Source: Eledone cirrhosa
Taxonomy: Eukaryota
Direction: 5' to 3'
Length of the DNA stretch: 64,000 nt
Assembly: GCA_964016885.1 (NCBI GenBank)
Contig: CAXHJY010001340.1
Span: forward strand, 18,528 to 82,527
A model generated the notes under the pieces. It had not been told where the DNA came from. It did not search any database and saw only the letters and a program-made list of their open reading frames with translations. Of the stretch, positions 12,378-26,000 are shown piece by piece. The position numbers and the translations under genes were made by a program. Within the stretch, counting starts at the first letter, position 1; every line of letters begins with the position of its first letter.

Positions 12378-14119
12378 ACATTTCATTTGTTTTGACTTTA
12401 TCATTATTTTAAATTTACAGGGATTTTTGTCTCAGTAAAAGCTGTTTACATTTAGTTTCAGTTGTGCCAAAACTATCTTCATGTATTTCAAAATACGAGT
12501 GTGAGATGCATATTTGTTTGCCAAACAAAGGATTGGAAAGACCCTTCAGTCATGTGGAGGACATAACCTCCCTAGTATTGGTGATCTACACAATAAACCC
12601 ACTCAGTACATGCTGGGAAGTGGTTGGTGATAGGAAGGGCATTCACCTGCAGAATGCTTGTCAAATAAAGGGTTGGGAAGACCTCAGTTGTGTCAAAGAC
12701 ATAACAACCTCCCCTGAGCACTTGATAGAATGTGAGATCATACATAAGCAAGACGACAGAACCCTTGCTTGTCGGAGATCAGTAACCACTGCTTCAGTAC
12801 TGACATGGTCTATGTAGACCAATCCACCCCTTGTTTTTTTTTTCATTTTTTTCATTTTGTAAAAAAACCTCACTTTCTAATATATATATATATGGACTGT
12901 GTATATTACCTCTGTAATATTATGAGTAATACATTCATCAATAATGTGGAGAGTTCTATATAATATCGATGTATTGTCAACTAATATTCTCTATCTAGCT
13001 TTGTTTTGCGATGTGGGGAATTGCTTGTTCTTCTGAGTGACAGACATTTACACATGCCAATAGTCCTTACTAGTATGAAGATGACTGGAAGTTGATGTAT
13101 CTAAGAACTTTACTGTTCCAAATGAAGTGTAATATACTCTTAAGAAAATATGAGGTAACCTTAATAATTGTTTCTACTTTTGGCATTAGGCCAGCAGTTA
13201 CTTCCAGTGCATTACTGGTATTTTATTTTATCGACCCCCCCCCCCCCCCCCCCCCCGTAAGGATGAAAGGCAAAGTTAACTTCGGCGGGATTTGAACTCA
13301 GAAAGTAAAGGGCCATAACTCTGCTGCAAAGCATGTTGTCTGACGCTCTACCGATACTGCCAATCCACACCCTTAGGTAACCTTAATGATAGAGATAAAA
13401 CTAAACCATTGTTGTGACTTTTTAATACAGCATGTCTAAAGAAAAGTTTAAATTGTTATATATTTGTATAATCATTATCGTCGTTTTATCTTCTGCTTTC
13501 CCTGCTAGCAAGGGTTAGACGTGTCTACACAGACCAAGTGAACAGTGAAGCAGTCATCACTGACAAGCCAGGATCTGGTCTCGCTTATGTTCGGTCTTGC
13601 AATGAGGAGGTTGTCATGTCTTTGACACAATTGAAGGGTCTTCCCAACCCTTTGTTTGGCAAGCTTTCTACTGTCGGATGCCCTTCCTATCACCAACCAC
13701 TTTACCACATGTAGTGAGTGTGTTTATCCCCAACACTAGGGAGGCTATCATGTCCTATGGTTACTAATAGTTACATTGCAAGCAATCTTTGAAAAATATA
13801 AGCAGAGAAATCTTCCACGAAAAATTCTCATAGGTGCTAACAGGGATTCATATATAATGATTCCGGGTTGTTATAAGGGACACAACTCTATTAGAAACTT
13901 CTCAACTGAGTAGGGTTATCTTTCTTACATTTAAGCAGAGAAAATATATGAAAGAGCTCAAAACTTGAATATAGAGTTGTTCTACTACTTTTCCTCGTAT
14001 CTAACTCATACAAGCATTGAAAATGATAGTGGTAGGGGTGAATGAAAAGGTTTCTCAGTTACCTTAATTTTTAAGAATCGGGGGATAGGTAACTGCAGAC
14101 TATACTACCAGCAAATGAA

Positions 14120-14285
14120 GTCTGTCTAGTGTATGCTTGCTTGCATACTGCAGTATGGCCAGTTCAGGAAACTGCAGAATATAAGGTCTATCTAGTGTAT
14201 GCTTGCTTGCATACTGCAGTATGCCCAGTTCAGAGGCCTGTAGAAGATAAGGTTTGTCTAGTGTATGCTGTAGTATGGTCAGTTC
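14120..14285. repeat. ~66-bp tandem repeat (2-3 copies)
   Basis: gtctagtgtatgcttgcttgcatactgcagtatg...agttcag repeated; contains the palindrome catactgcagtatg. Confidence 0.7.
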
Positions 14286-14784
14286 AATATCTTTATAGAA
14301 TTCAATATTTTATATGGCAGAACTTTAACTTATCTGATAGGTTGTTGAGATCGTAAATGTCTGTGTTAACAAAAGAACCCATATGGCATCGAATAAACCT
14401 ATAAAATCAAACCTTTGCCAATGAGCAGAGTCCTTCGAGTATGTAAAATGAAATCAGTTTCATTAAAGGGTCGGACGCCATGCTTTGTAGCAAAGAGTTA
14501 CGGCTCTTTATGGTCTGAGTTCAAATCCTGCCGAGGTTAACTTTACCTTTCATCCTTACGGGGTCGATAAAATAAAGTACCAGTAATACACCGAGACAAT
14601 TGCTGGCCTTGTGCCAAAAGTAGAAATAATTATTAATGATAAGCAGGTGGTGGATTGGCAGTAATCGGTAGAGCGTCAGACAATATGCTTTTCAGCATAT
14701 AGTTACATCCCTTTATCTTTTGATTTCAAATCCCACCGAGGTTAGCTTTACTTTTCAATAAAAAAAAAGTACCAGTAATGCTCT

Positions 14785-14970
14785 GGTAGGCGGTTCTGAG
14801 GGGCAACCAGATGACATGTCCGCACCAGCACATGCAATGGATGGCTACGAGGCGAGAGGCTGCGGGCTGTGCGTGCGTGCTTGCAACTCTTTGTTGGAAG
14901 TGTGGTGGAACCATCTGATGTTCTTGATGGTCCTCAGGGTTCTGCTATCGAAGCCGCAGATCCTTTTGCA
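14785..14970 (-). mobile_element. RTE-type LINE fragment (family C)
   Basis: Reverse complement of about 19480-19660. Confidence 0.7.
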
Positions 14971-15601
14971 TTGAGACCGATTTGATTTAATCGACTTTCC
15001 CCTCCCCCCAAATTGTTGGGCTTGTGCCTAAATTAGAGACTATAAATCGTGATAAGGAGGGTGGGGGATTGGCAGTATCAGCAGAGCGTCAGACACCATG
15101 TTTCATGGCATGTAGTTATGTCCCTTTACGTTCTGAGTTCAAAAGGCTTTGCCTTTCATCCTTACAGGGTCAATAAAATAAAGTATCAGTTATACACAGG
15201 AGTCGATTTAATTGATTTTCACTTCCCCCAAAATTGTTGGCCTTGTGGCTAAATTATAACCCATTGGGGGATTGGCAGTATCGGTAGAAGGATGGACGCC
15301 ATGCTTTGCAGCATAGAGTTACGCCCCTTTATGGTCTGAGTTCAAAACCCGTCGAGGTTAACTTTGCCTTTCATCCTTACGGGATCACTAAAATAAAGTA
15401 CCAGTAATGAACTCGGATAATTACTGGCCTTGTGCCAAACGTAGAAACAATTATTAGTGATAACATTAATGTAAGTTGTATTGGGTGTTGCTGAAGAAAT
15501 CAAAGGATAAAATTTGGTGATTGCATAAACCTAAAGTCGTGTTTATCAGAAATAATAATGTACTAATTACAGTATATGTCGAGGATATGACTGCCCCATA
15601 A

Positions 15602-15632
<31 letters not shown>

Positions 15633-15864
15633 ATTTCTATGTCGGGTCATTCTTGCATGCTACTGGTAACATGTGGTCCGGTGCAGCCTATCGCATGATC
15701 GGGTCGTCGGGGACTGGACCGGCAGCCCCACCAAGTTTCTTGGGGAGGAGAGGGATTTTGGACGCCCTGCGGGACCGAGGGCAAGGCCTGGCAGAGGGTG
15801 GAAGAACTCATAAGAGTCAACGGCCATCCAAAAATGTGTAAATATGTATATACGCATGTAGTGC

Positions 15865-16150
15865 AGGCGCATGGCTTAGTGGTTAGAGCAGTAGGCTCGC
15901 AATCGAAAGGTTGTGAGTTCAATTCTCGGTCCGGGTGATGTGTTGTTTCCTTGAGCAAGACACTTTATTTCACGTTGCTCCAGTTTACTCAGCTGAAAAT
16001 GAGTACCAGCAATAGCTGGAGGTTTAACCATGCGATGGACTGGCGTCATGTCCAGGGGGGAGTCTTGTACTCTCAGTCGCTTCACGCCATGAAACCGGGA
16101 TAAGCACCGGCCAAATGAGCCTTCTGGCTTAAGACAGACTTTAGACTTAC
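15865..16150 (+). mobile_element. tRNA-derived SINE with CORE-like and V-like domains
   Basis: A box tggcttagtgg, B box gagttcaattc, ccttgagcaagacacttta and gcgatggactggcgtcatgtccagggg. Confidence 0.75.
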
Positions 16151-18210
16151 GGCCTGCCCGCCCAGCCAGTGGGATGGTGTCATCGTATGGCTAAAACAGC
16201 ACGTGCTGTGACCAGCGGCGCCCGACAGACTGGTCGGTCAAGGTGATCAAGGTGACATGTACATACGTATGTATATGTATATATGAGTGTGCATGTGTAT
16301 ATATATGCGTTGAGACATACTAATAGTCAGGGTAGATACCCGATCACGCGGTTAAACCACTGGGAGTGAGGGCCCCTAGCCTTTGTCAACGCATTCTTCT
16401 AGGAGAAGGCAACTCAGGAAACTGGGATAACTCCGATATAAAACCTGCGGCTCAGTAGTTACCGATGATGTTCATCTTTTCTTCTTTTCGGGTTATAGCT
16501 ACTGTCGCTCAGAGAGTGGAATTGGCTCAGTGCACAGTCTTTCCCCACTTAAAAAAAAATCTTCACGCACAGGCATTGCGATCACGCGATAGCATTAATT
16601 GATAATTATTAATAATGTTATATCGTGCAATGGCCATACTCGATAACGAGGGGAAGTCATTATCACGTATGTGTGTGTGTGTGTGTGTGTGATGCACCAG
16701 CGAGGGAGAACATGGATTCTGCGCCTGTTAGAAATAACAGCTAAAACTGAGCTGTGATTTTGTGGAAGACCAGCAGTCGCTCAAGTATAACAATCTTACG
16801 TCTCCACACCACTTATGTTGTCCAAGAGAAAGACAACGCCCGATACAGCTAGTACAATTGACGTCACAATACATTTCTAGATCAACATGAAATAAAATGT
16901 TTCTTGGAGGAAAAAACACTCCACCTGGTCCAGGAATCGAGCTCACAACCTCATGATTGTGAAATCCAACGCTGCTAACGCTAACCCACATGCACCTAAA
17001 GAAAAAAAAAAGTGACATGTCAAGGGAGATAACCCTAACTGACAACTGTACAAGTACTCTCATTAATAAACAACAATGGCTACAGATTCACAATCTGACG
17101 GTGAATGGGAAGAGGTAAAAATACGATAATATTTAGTTATCATTTCTCTGTTATACATATTCTGTTGTTGAGCTGTTACTTATAGTTATTTAACTTTCTA
17201 TTATACCTCTTGTGATACAGTTATATTTATATATTAACTCCCTATCACCCGTGGTAATGTTGCGAGCGTGTTGGCTTGCCTCAATGTATTCCGTTGACCC
17301 TCATAAGGTGCGACCAATTGTCACACTTGGTGAATTGATGGTCATTTTATTTTTTATTTTTGCTTTCCCCCTTTTTCTTCTTTCTCTCGCTCTGGTCATA
17401 TGTTTTTTTGTGAGATTCCTGGCAATGGTTGATTGTATTTGTGATATGCGTATATATTTGTGTTTATCAACGACATTATATTTGTAATATTATTTTCCAA
17501 GAATTGTGAGCAATTTGTAATGTTATATATATATATTTAATATAGAAAAGCTTCTACAGTATTAGAACTGTTTCATTTGTGAGAAATTCGTGTAGAAGCT
17601 TTTCTATATTAAATATTTATACTCTGCTTTGTATTGAGTACCTTACTTACTGTGGTTAACCCCAATTGAACCCAGGATTATCTTATATATATATATTGTA
17701 ATGTTATTTATGTATATAAATATGTATTTAAGGAGGTATTAATAATTTATTTATGTATATAAATAAATTATTAATACCTCCTTATCATGCATGTTCCGTT
17801 GTCGTCTCTTAGTCAATCATCCTAATTTTTTTATTATTATATATATATATATATATACGAGCCGAGGAAGAATGCCTAACATTAATCATAAGACTAAGGA
17901 ACCCCAACCAAGCCTTATTCTAACCCTAATATATATATATACAAGATTAATCCGGTGATATGGACAAGATAAAATGTTTTTCAAAGGAGTTCTGTTATCA
18001 GTAATTCCCTATTTATAATTCTAAATCTGGTTAATTCCATCCTCAGTCCAGCCTGCTGGATCTAATTATAACAGCAAGAATAAATACACACGGTCCGCGC
18101 ATATTTATTGTTGCTGTTTCATTAAACCCCGTGGTCTGTATTTCACTCTTTATTTATCTTATTACTTTAGGCTATCTTTCGTTTTGGATAGACGTGATGT
18201 AAACAATGTG

Positions 18211-18233
18211 ACTTCCGTCATTCTCCGGAAGTG
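18211..18233. promoter_or_regulatory. ETS-type motifs in the putative GTF3C6 promoter
   Basis: acttccg and ccggaagtg about 200 bp upstream of a CpG-rich first exon. Confidence 0.45.
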
Positions 18234-18438
18234 TTTAGATATATATATATATTTTGTTGATATAACTATAAATTGATTAAACATACAGAAAAAGAAAGCA
18301 GTATTGGAAACGACTATAAATGTGAAGGGGGGGGGGGGGAGAGAACAGGGACTACTAGACAAAGGAAGAAAGAAATCGGGAAGGGGAGAGATGACTATAC
18401 CGAAGTCGGAGCGGTGTTTCGTTTGTGCTCCGCGGAAA

Positions 18439-18526
18439 ATGGCCAGTGACACCCGCTGCAACAGCCGCTCCACCTCGCGGGTTCCTTCCTCAGACGGACT
18501 GCTCTCGCCCCGATTTTACAGAAGAG
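18439..18526 (+). CDS. GTF3C6: GTF3C6 first coding exon (reading frame ambiguous)
   Basis: CpG-rich; aaaATGg at 18439; GAG|gtatgc donor. The ATG frame joins exon 2 only through the AG at 21624-21625. The +1 frame (…PDFTEE) joins the AG at 21614-21615 but has no ATG. Confidence 0.55.
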
Positions 18527-19120
18527 GTATGCTGCAATTGTCAAGCACCCTCGTGAGCAGAAATTTACTAAAATCTGTAATATAAACTGAATATGTTCTA
18601 TGGCATAACTGGAGTAAAACTAAAATATTTAATAAATGAAGGGGAAATAATTTGACCAACTAGTTAAATGTTTAGTCAAGTTTTTGGAGTATTTTAACTA
18701 ATGTTATAGATACATGCAGCGAATTGACAGAGTTGTTAGAACGTCGGATAGAATGTTTTGTGGTATTAGTTCTTGCTCTTTCTTCTCTCAGTTCATATCC
18801 TGCAGAGGTCAACTTTCATCCTTTCAAGGTCGATAAAAAAAGTACCAGTCTATTACTGTGGTCAATTTTTCCTCTATATTTCTTCCTCACTTCCTCTCCC
18901 TCACTCTCTAGCCTTCTCTAGAAGAAATCTGCTGCATTCATACTTGGAGAGGAGATGGGCTCCACCATGTTTTTTAAAAAGCCCTAGAAATGCCATATGT
19001 CAATACGGCACCCCCTACAACTCCCTCGGGAGTAATGGGTTCATACATAAATACATATTTTATTAATTTAATATTGTTTTCCTTCTGCTATTTCATATAT
19101 ATTAAGATTATATACAATTT

Positions 19121-19312
19121 AAGGGCGGTGGATTGGCAGTATCGGTAGAGGGTCGGACGCCATGCTTTCCAGCATAGTTACGTCCCTTTACGATCTGAGT
19201 TCAAATCCCGCCGAGGTTGACTTTGCCTTTCATCCTTATGGGGTCGATAAAATAAAGTACCAGTAATGCACTGAGTAATTGCTGGCCTTGTGTCTAAAGT
19301 AGAAACAATTAT
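19121..19312 (+). mobile_element. Full-length tRNA-derived Meta-domain SINE
   Basis: A box tggcagtatcgg, B box gagttcaaatcc, then gttgactttgcctttcatccttatggggtcgataaaataaagtaccag. Confidence 0.8.
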
Positions 19313-19424
19313 ATACAATTTATATAATGATATATACAAATTCATGGAACTATTGCCTCTGTTGGCAACAAAGGAGTGAAAGGCAGGTTATATGGTGTTT
19401 CATTTTGGTAACACTGTGAAAAAC

Positions 19425-19900
19425 TTTTTAGACAGCATCAACTATGGAGCAGAAACGTGGCTCCTCACAAAGACCCTGGCAAAAGGATCAACGGCTTCGA
19501 TAGCAGAACCCTGAGGACCATCAAGAACATCAGATGGTACCACCACGTTTCCAACAAAGAGTTGCATGCATGCATGCATCAGCCTGCAGCCTCTCGCCTC
19601 GTAGCCATCCATTGCATGTGCTGGTGCGGACATGTCATCTGCCTGCCGCCAGATCACCCTACCTGGACCTTACTCTAGTTCGATGCAGTGACTACAGGCT
19701 GGAAGAAGCCCTGCTGTAGGCCCCGCATCAGATGGTTGGATGTCATCAAGGAAGATCTCCAGAGACTCGACGTCACCTTGGAGGATGCAGAGGAGCAGGC
19801 ACAAGACTGCCAGTGATGGAGGGCACTGCTAGACCTGGTCAGCTCTACGTATGAAGATGCCTCAGGATCACTGACCCAAGATGACCCCAGTCTCATCAAA
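19425..19900 (+). mobile_element. RTE-type LINE C-terminal remnant (family C)
   Basis: Translates YGAETWLLTKTLAKRINGFDSRTLRTI...WCGHV...RPRIRWLDVIKEDL, with frameshifts and stops. Confidence 0.75.
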
Positions 19901-20364
19901 CATGATCACAAACATTCCCTTTTCACGTTGGTATACCTTGTTATGTCTGATACATTCAGACATTATTTACTTCCTGTTTTCTTTTTCTTTAATCTTCATT
20001 CCCAAGCATGAACCTAAGACTGTGTTTCATTTATTCTTGAGCTATATGATGGAGTCCCCCCTCAAAAATGACATGTCAGTGTTCAACAAAAATAGAGCAA
20101 AAGCAGATCCCAGGCAAGAACCAGTTAATCCATCTGATGAGCACATGTGTAATTTCAGGCCTGTAATGTTACAGGGATGGTTACAGACACTGCATGTCAA
20201 CTTTTCCAAATGTTCAGAAACGATGCGAGTCCTGAGATGAATCTTTAGCCCAGCATTTGACCAAGCTGAAAAGTTGCAATGAAGACATTGATAGTTTGTA
20301 GGAACAGGGTTGTATATATGTGTGTGTGTTTGGGTCCAACCCATGCAAGCATGGAACATCATCA

Positions 20365-21080
20365 TCATCATTTAATGTCTATCTTCCACGCTGGCATGGG
20401 TTAGACGAGAATTGTCCCATTTGAGGCAAGATTGGTCGGGTGGCCGTGTCTCATTCGTATAGGACTATCTGGCAGGTTTTCTATGGCTGGATGCCCTTCC
20501 TAACACCAACCACATTTACAGTGTGGACTGGGAGCTTTTTACCGTGTCACCTACACGGCCACATTACAGCGTTGACTGTGTTTTTTTTTTGTTGTGACAC
20601 CTACACGACCTCATTAGTTTGGACTGGATGTTGTGGTACCAACATAACTTTATAGAGAAAGGGGTGGTGTTGGCGGGAGTGGAAGAGTGGAGTAGGGGTA
20701 GTGGGTTGGGGTGAATGTTTGGTTTGGAGGGGCCTACTGACTGTAGGTTAACTTTGCACGTAGGGAAGGCGGGTCTTCTGTATTACTGCGTGGCACCAAA
20801 GATCTTGATCCAGTGACATTGTCTTAGAGAGGTGCAAGGTCAGAATTTATCATGTCGTCCCAGGTTTTTCTGGGCCTGTCTACTCCATAACTTCCATCAA
20901 TTTTGATCGCCCTGCACTTTTTTATATAGCTATCATCCTTCATGCGCATCACGTGACCATGCCAACGTAATCTTCTCTCAAGTAAACAGCATCTGATCCC
21001 TCTTATTCCTAATTTCTCACTTAGTTCATTTATATTTTGCCGTTCGTGTATATTACTATTACACATCCAATGGAGCAATG
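20365..21080 (-). mobile_element. Older RTE family A-like 3' fragment
   Basis: WMCNSNIHERQNINEL...RWHGHVMRM plus 3' UTR and (GAT)n tail on the minus strand. Confidence 0.85.
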
Positions 21081-21615
21081 TATAAAAGCCAGGCAAATTT
21101 ACTGTCCCGTCAGAGCAAGTTATGGCTTTGCCAATTCTGGTCAGATTTGTCTCTCGATGTGGATGACCCATCTAACCCATGTAAGCATGGAAAATGGACA
21201 TTAAACAGTGATAATGATAATAAAACACGAAATTTGTGGGTCTGGGAATTGGTAACATAGTTTCCTCCCTTCTGAAAAAAAAAAGAAAATCCTTACCACT
21301 GCTACTGCTACAATGATGACAAATTTGACCCTTTTACCACTGCTAACTACTACTTCCACTACTACTGCTACCACGAGGAAGACGCCAATAAAGGAGGAGG
21401 ACAAGTAGATGACAGTTTAAGAAATATGTGACTTCATGTAAATGTTGTAATGAAGGAATTACTAAAATAAATATTTTTTTACCATACACTCTGTCATTTT
21501 TTAAATTTCTTTATTATGTATTTATGTTTCTCTAAAATAATAAATATTTTTCTATTTTATTATACAATATTTTTTTTCTTCAATGTCTTACCATTTATTT
21601 TATCTATATTTCCAG

Positions 21616-21702
21616 GAATCTACAGTCCTTGTAGAACTATCTGGGGTCATAGACTGTGATTTCCTCAATACTGAAGAAACTAAATATCACACTAAAGCTC
21701 TG
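21616..21702 (+). CDS. GTF3C6: GTF3C6 exon 2 (ESTVLVELSGVIDCDFLNTEETKYHTKAL)
   Basis: ttccag acceptor and gtaaga donor; resembles the remembered human motif QLVLVELSGIIDSDFL...KVL. Confidence 0.88.
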
Positions 21703-22205
21703 GTAAGATCTGACATCTTCTGTATATGATATTAAAACCATGATAAAATGTGGTGATATCTTCTGTATATCACACTAAAGACTTGGTAATATGTGGTGAT
21801 ATCTTCTGTATATCACATTAAAACTCTGGTAATATCTACTGACATCTTCTTTATATCATTAAAACCCTGGTAATATGTGGTGATATCTTCTGTATATCAC
21901 ATTAAAACCATGGTAATATGTGGTGATATCTTCTGTATATCACATTAAAACCATGGTAATATGTGGTGATATCTTCTGTATATCACATTAAAACCATGGT
22001 AATATATGGTGATATCTTCTGTATATCACATTAAAACTCTGGTAAGATCTACTGACATTTTCTGTATTTCACACTAAAGCCCTGGTAAGATCTAGACATT
22101 TCTGTATATCATTCTAAAACCCTGGTACTATGTGGCGATATCTTCTATATATTAGACTAATGTATTAGTAAGATCTAATCATGTTTTTGTGTCACACTAA
22201 AGATC
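21684..22205 (+). repeat. ~43-bp minisatellite whose first unit spans the exon 2 donor
   Basis: atatcacattaaaaccatggtaatatgtggtgatatcttctgt-like units, roughly 12 copies. Confidence 0.8.
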
Positions 22206-23094
22206 TTGTGATCTTTAGTTTGATACAAAAGATCTTGTGATATTTAGTGTGATACTGGGACTTTATTTTACCAACTCTGAAAGGGTGAAATTTGAACTTG
22301 GTGGGATTTGAACTCAGACTATAAAGATTTGAACTCGGACTATAAAGATTTGAAACATTTTATCTGTTGCTCTAAGAATTCTGCCAATCCTCAGCCTTAC
22401 CATCAGTGATAATTGCTTCTAACTTTAGGCACAAGGCCAGTAATTTTTTGGAGGGTTGAGGATCAATCCCACTGGGATTTTATTTTGTTGACCAGGAAAG
22501 GATAAAAGACAAAGCTGACCTCAGTGGAATTTGAACTCAGAATGTAAAAGGGCTATAACAAAATGCTACAAAACATTTTGCCTGTTACTCTACTAATTCT
22601 TCCAAACAACTGCTTAATGATTAATAAAAACAATTATTTCTAAAATTGGCACAAAGCCAGTAATTTTGGGAAAAAGGAAAGTCGATTGTATTGACCCCAG
22701 CAATTTACTGGTATTTTATTTTATTGACCATTAAAAGATGAAAGGCAAAGTTAACCTCAACAAAATTTGAACTCAGAACGTGAAGAACCTCAACAAATAT
22801 TGCTACACAATTGTCTGCCAGTCTAACACCTTTCACAATCCACTATTCTAAATAATTAATTATCCTTACGGCTATTTACGTTCTGAGTTCAAATCCTGCT
22901 GAAGTTAGCTTTGCCTTTCATCCTTACAGGCTTCATGAAATAAAGTACCAGTCATGCACTGAGATCGATTTAATCGACTTTTCCCTCCCTCAAAATTGTT
23001 GGCCTTGTGCCTAAATCATAATACCAATATTTTCTACTTACTACAATTATTGCGTTACAATAACTCTCCTCCCCTTCTGTCAGAGTTGCTGAAG

Positions 23095-26000
23095 CATGGA
23101 ACAAACTACCTGCATCAGTTGTTGGCTGTCGAGACACTGCATCCTTTATAACCTCCATGGAACAAACTACCTGCATCAGTTGTTAGCTGTCGAGAGACTG
23201 CATCCTTTAAAACCTCCATGGAACAAACTACATGCATCAGTTGTTAGCTGCTGAGACACTGCATCCTTTTAAACCTCCATGGAACAAACTACCTGCATCA
23301 GTTGTTAGCTGTTGAGACACTGCATCCTTTAAAACCTCCATGGAACAAACTACCTGCATCAGTTGTTAGCTGTCGAGACACTGCATCCTTTAAACACTCC
23401 ATGGAACAAACTACCTGCATCAGTTGTTAGCTGTCGAAATACTGCATCCTATAAAACCTCCATGGAACAAGCTACATGCATCAATTGTTAGCTGCCGAGA
23501 CACTGCATCCTTTAAAACCTCCATGGAACAAACTACATGCATCAGTTGTTAGCTGTCGAGACATTGCATCATTTTAAACCTCCATGGAACAAACTACATG
23601 CGTCAGTTGTTAGCTGCTGAGACACTGCATCATTTAAAACCTCCATGGAACAAACTACCTGCATCAGTTGTTAGCTGTCGAGACACTGCATCCTTTAAAA
23701 CCTCCATAGAACAAACTACCTGCATCAGTTGTTAGCTGCTGAGACACTGCATCCTTTTAAACCTCCATGGAACAAACTACCTGCATCCTTTAAAACCTCC
23801 ATGGAACAAACTACCTGCATCAGTTGTTAGCTGTTGAGACACTGCATCCTTTAAAACCTCCATGGAACAAACTACCTGCATCAGTTGTTAGCTGTCGAGA
23901 CACAGCATCTTTTAAAACCTCCATGGAACAAAATACCTGCATCAGTTGTTAGCTGTCGAGACACTGCATCCTTTAAACACTCCATGGAACAAACTACCTG
24001 CATCAGTTGTTAGCTGTCGAGATACTGCATCCTATAAAACCTCGATGGAACAAACTACATGCATCAGTTGTTAGCTGCTGAGACACTGCATCCTTTAAAA
24101 CCTCCATGGAACAAACTACCTGCATCAGTTGTTAGCTGTCGAGACACAGCATCTTTTAAAACCTCCATGGAACAAACTACCTGCATCAGTTATTAGCTGC
24201 TGAGACACTGCATCCTTTAAAACCTCCATGGAACAAACTACCTGCATCCTTTAAAACCTCCATGGAACAAACTACCTGCATCAGTTGTTAGCTGTCGAGA
24301 CACTGCATCCTTTAAAACCTCCATGGAACAAACTACATACATCAGTTGTTAGCTGTCGAGACACTGCATCCTTTAAAACCTCCACGGAACAAACTACCTG
24401 CATCAGTTGTTACCTGTCGAGACACTGCATCCTTTATAACCTCCATGGAACAAACTACCTGCATCAGTTGTTAGCTGTGAGACATTGCATCTTTTTAAAC
24501 CTCCATGGAACAAACTACCTGCATCAGTTGTTAGCTGTCGAGACACTGCATCCTGTAAAACCTACATCGAACAAACTACCTGCATCAGTTGTTAGCTGTC
24601 GAGACACTGCATCCTTTAAAACCTCCATGGAACAAACTACCTGCATCAGTTGTTAGCTGTCGAAACACAGCATCTTTTAAAACCTCCATGGAACAAAATA
24701 CCTGCATCAGTTGTTAGCTGTCGACACACTGCATCCTTTGAAACCTCCATGGAACAAACTCCCTGCATCAGTTGTTAGCTGCTGAGACACTGCATCCTTT
24801 TAAACCTCCATGGAACAAACTACCTGCATCCTTTAAAACCTCCATGGAACAAACTACCTGCATCAGTTGTTAGCTGTCGAGACACTGCATCCTTTAAAAC
24901 CTCCATGGAACAAACTACCTGCATCAGTTAGTTGTCGAGACACTGCATCCTTTAAAACCTCCATGGAACAAACTACCTGCATCAGTTGTTAGCTGCCGAG
25001 ACACTGCATCCTTTAAAACCTCCATGGAACAAACTACCTGCATCAGTTGTTAGCTGTCGAGACACTGCATCCTTTAAAACCTCCATGGAACAAACTACAT
25101 GCATCAATTGTGAGCTGTCGAGACACTGCATCCTTTAAAACCTCCATGGAACAAACTACCTGCATCAGTTGTTAGCTGTCAAAGCACAGCATTCTTTAAA
25201 ACCTCCATGGAACAAGCTACCTGCATCAGTTGTTAGTTGTCGCGACAATGCATCCTTTAAAACCTCCATGGAACAATCTACCTGTATCAGTTGTTAGCTG
25301 TCGAGACACTGCATCCTTTAAAACCTCCATAGAACAAACTACATACATCAGTTGTTAGCTGTCGAGACACTGCATCCTTTAAAACCTCCACGGAACAAAC
25401 TACCTGCATCAGTTGTTACCTGTCGAGACACTGCATCCTTTATAACCTCCATGGAACAAACTACCTGCATCAGTTGTTAGCTGTCGAGACACTGCATCCT
25501 TTAAAACCTCCACGGAACAAACTACCTGCATCAGTTGTTAGCTGTCGAGACATTGCATCTTTTTAAACCTCCATGGAACAAACTACCTGCATCAGTTGTT
25601 AGCTGTCGAGACACTGCATCCTGTAAAACCTACATCGAACAAACTACCTGCATCAGTTGTTAGCTGTCGAGACACTGCATCCTTTAAAACCTCCATGGAA
25701 CAAACTACCTGCATCAGTTGTTAGCTGTCGAAACACAGCATCTTTTAAAACCTCCATGGAACAAAATACCTGCATCAGTTGTTAGCTGTCGACACACTGC
25801 ATCCTTTGAAACCTCCATGGAACAAACTACCTGCATCAGTTGTTAGCCGTCGACACATTGCATCCTTTAAAACATCCATGGAACAAACTACCTGCATCAG
25901 TTGTTAGCTGTCGAGACACTGCATCCTTTAAAACCTCCATGGAACAAACTACCTGCATCAGTTGTTAGCTGTCGAGACACAGCATCCTTTAAAACCTCCA

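Noticed and set aside
15865-15935. tRNA gene (also 56472-56545 and the Meta-SINE heads)
   Set aside because: A/B boxes continue directly into SINE body domains and the cloverleaf is imperfect.
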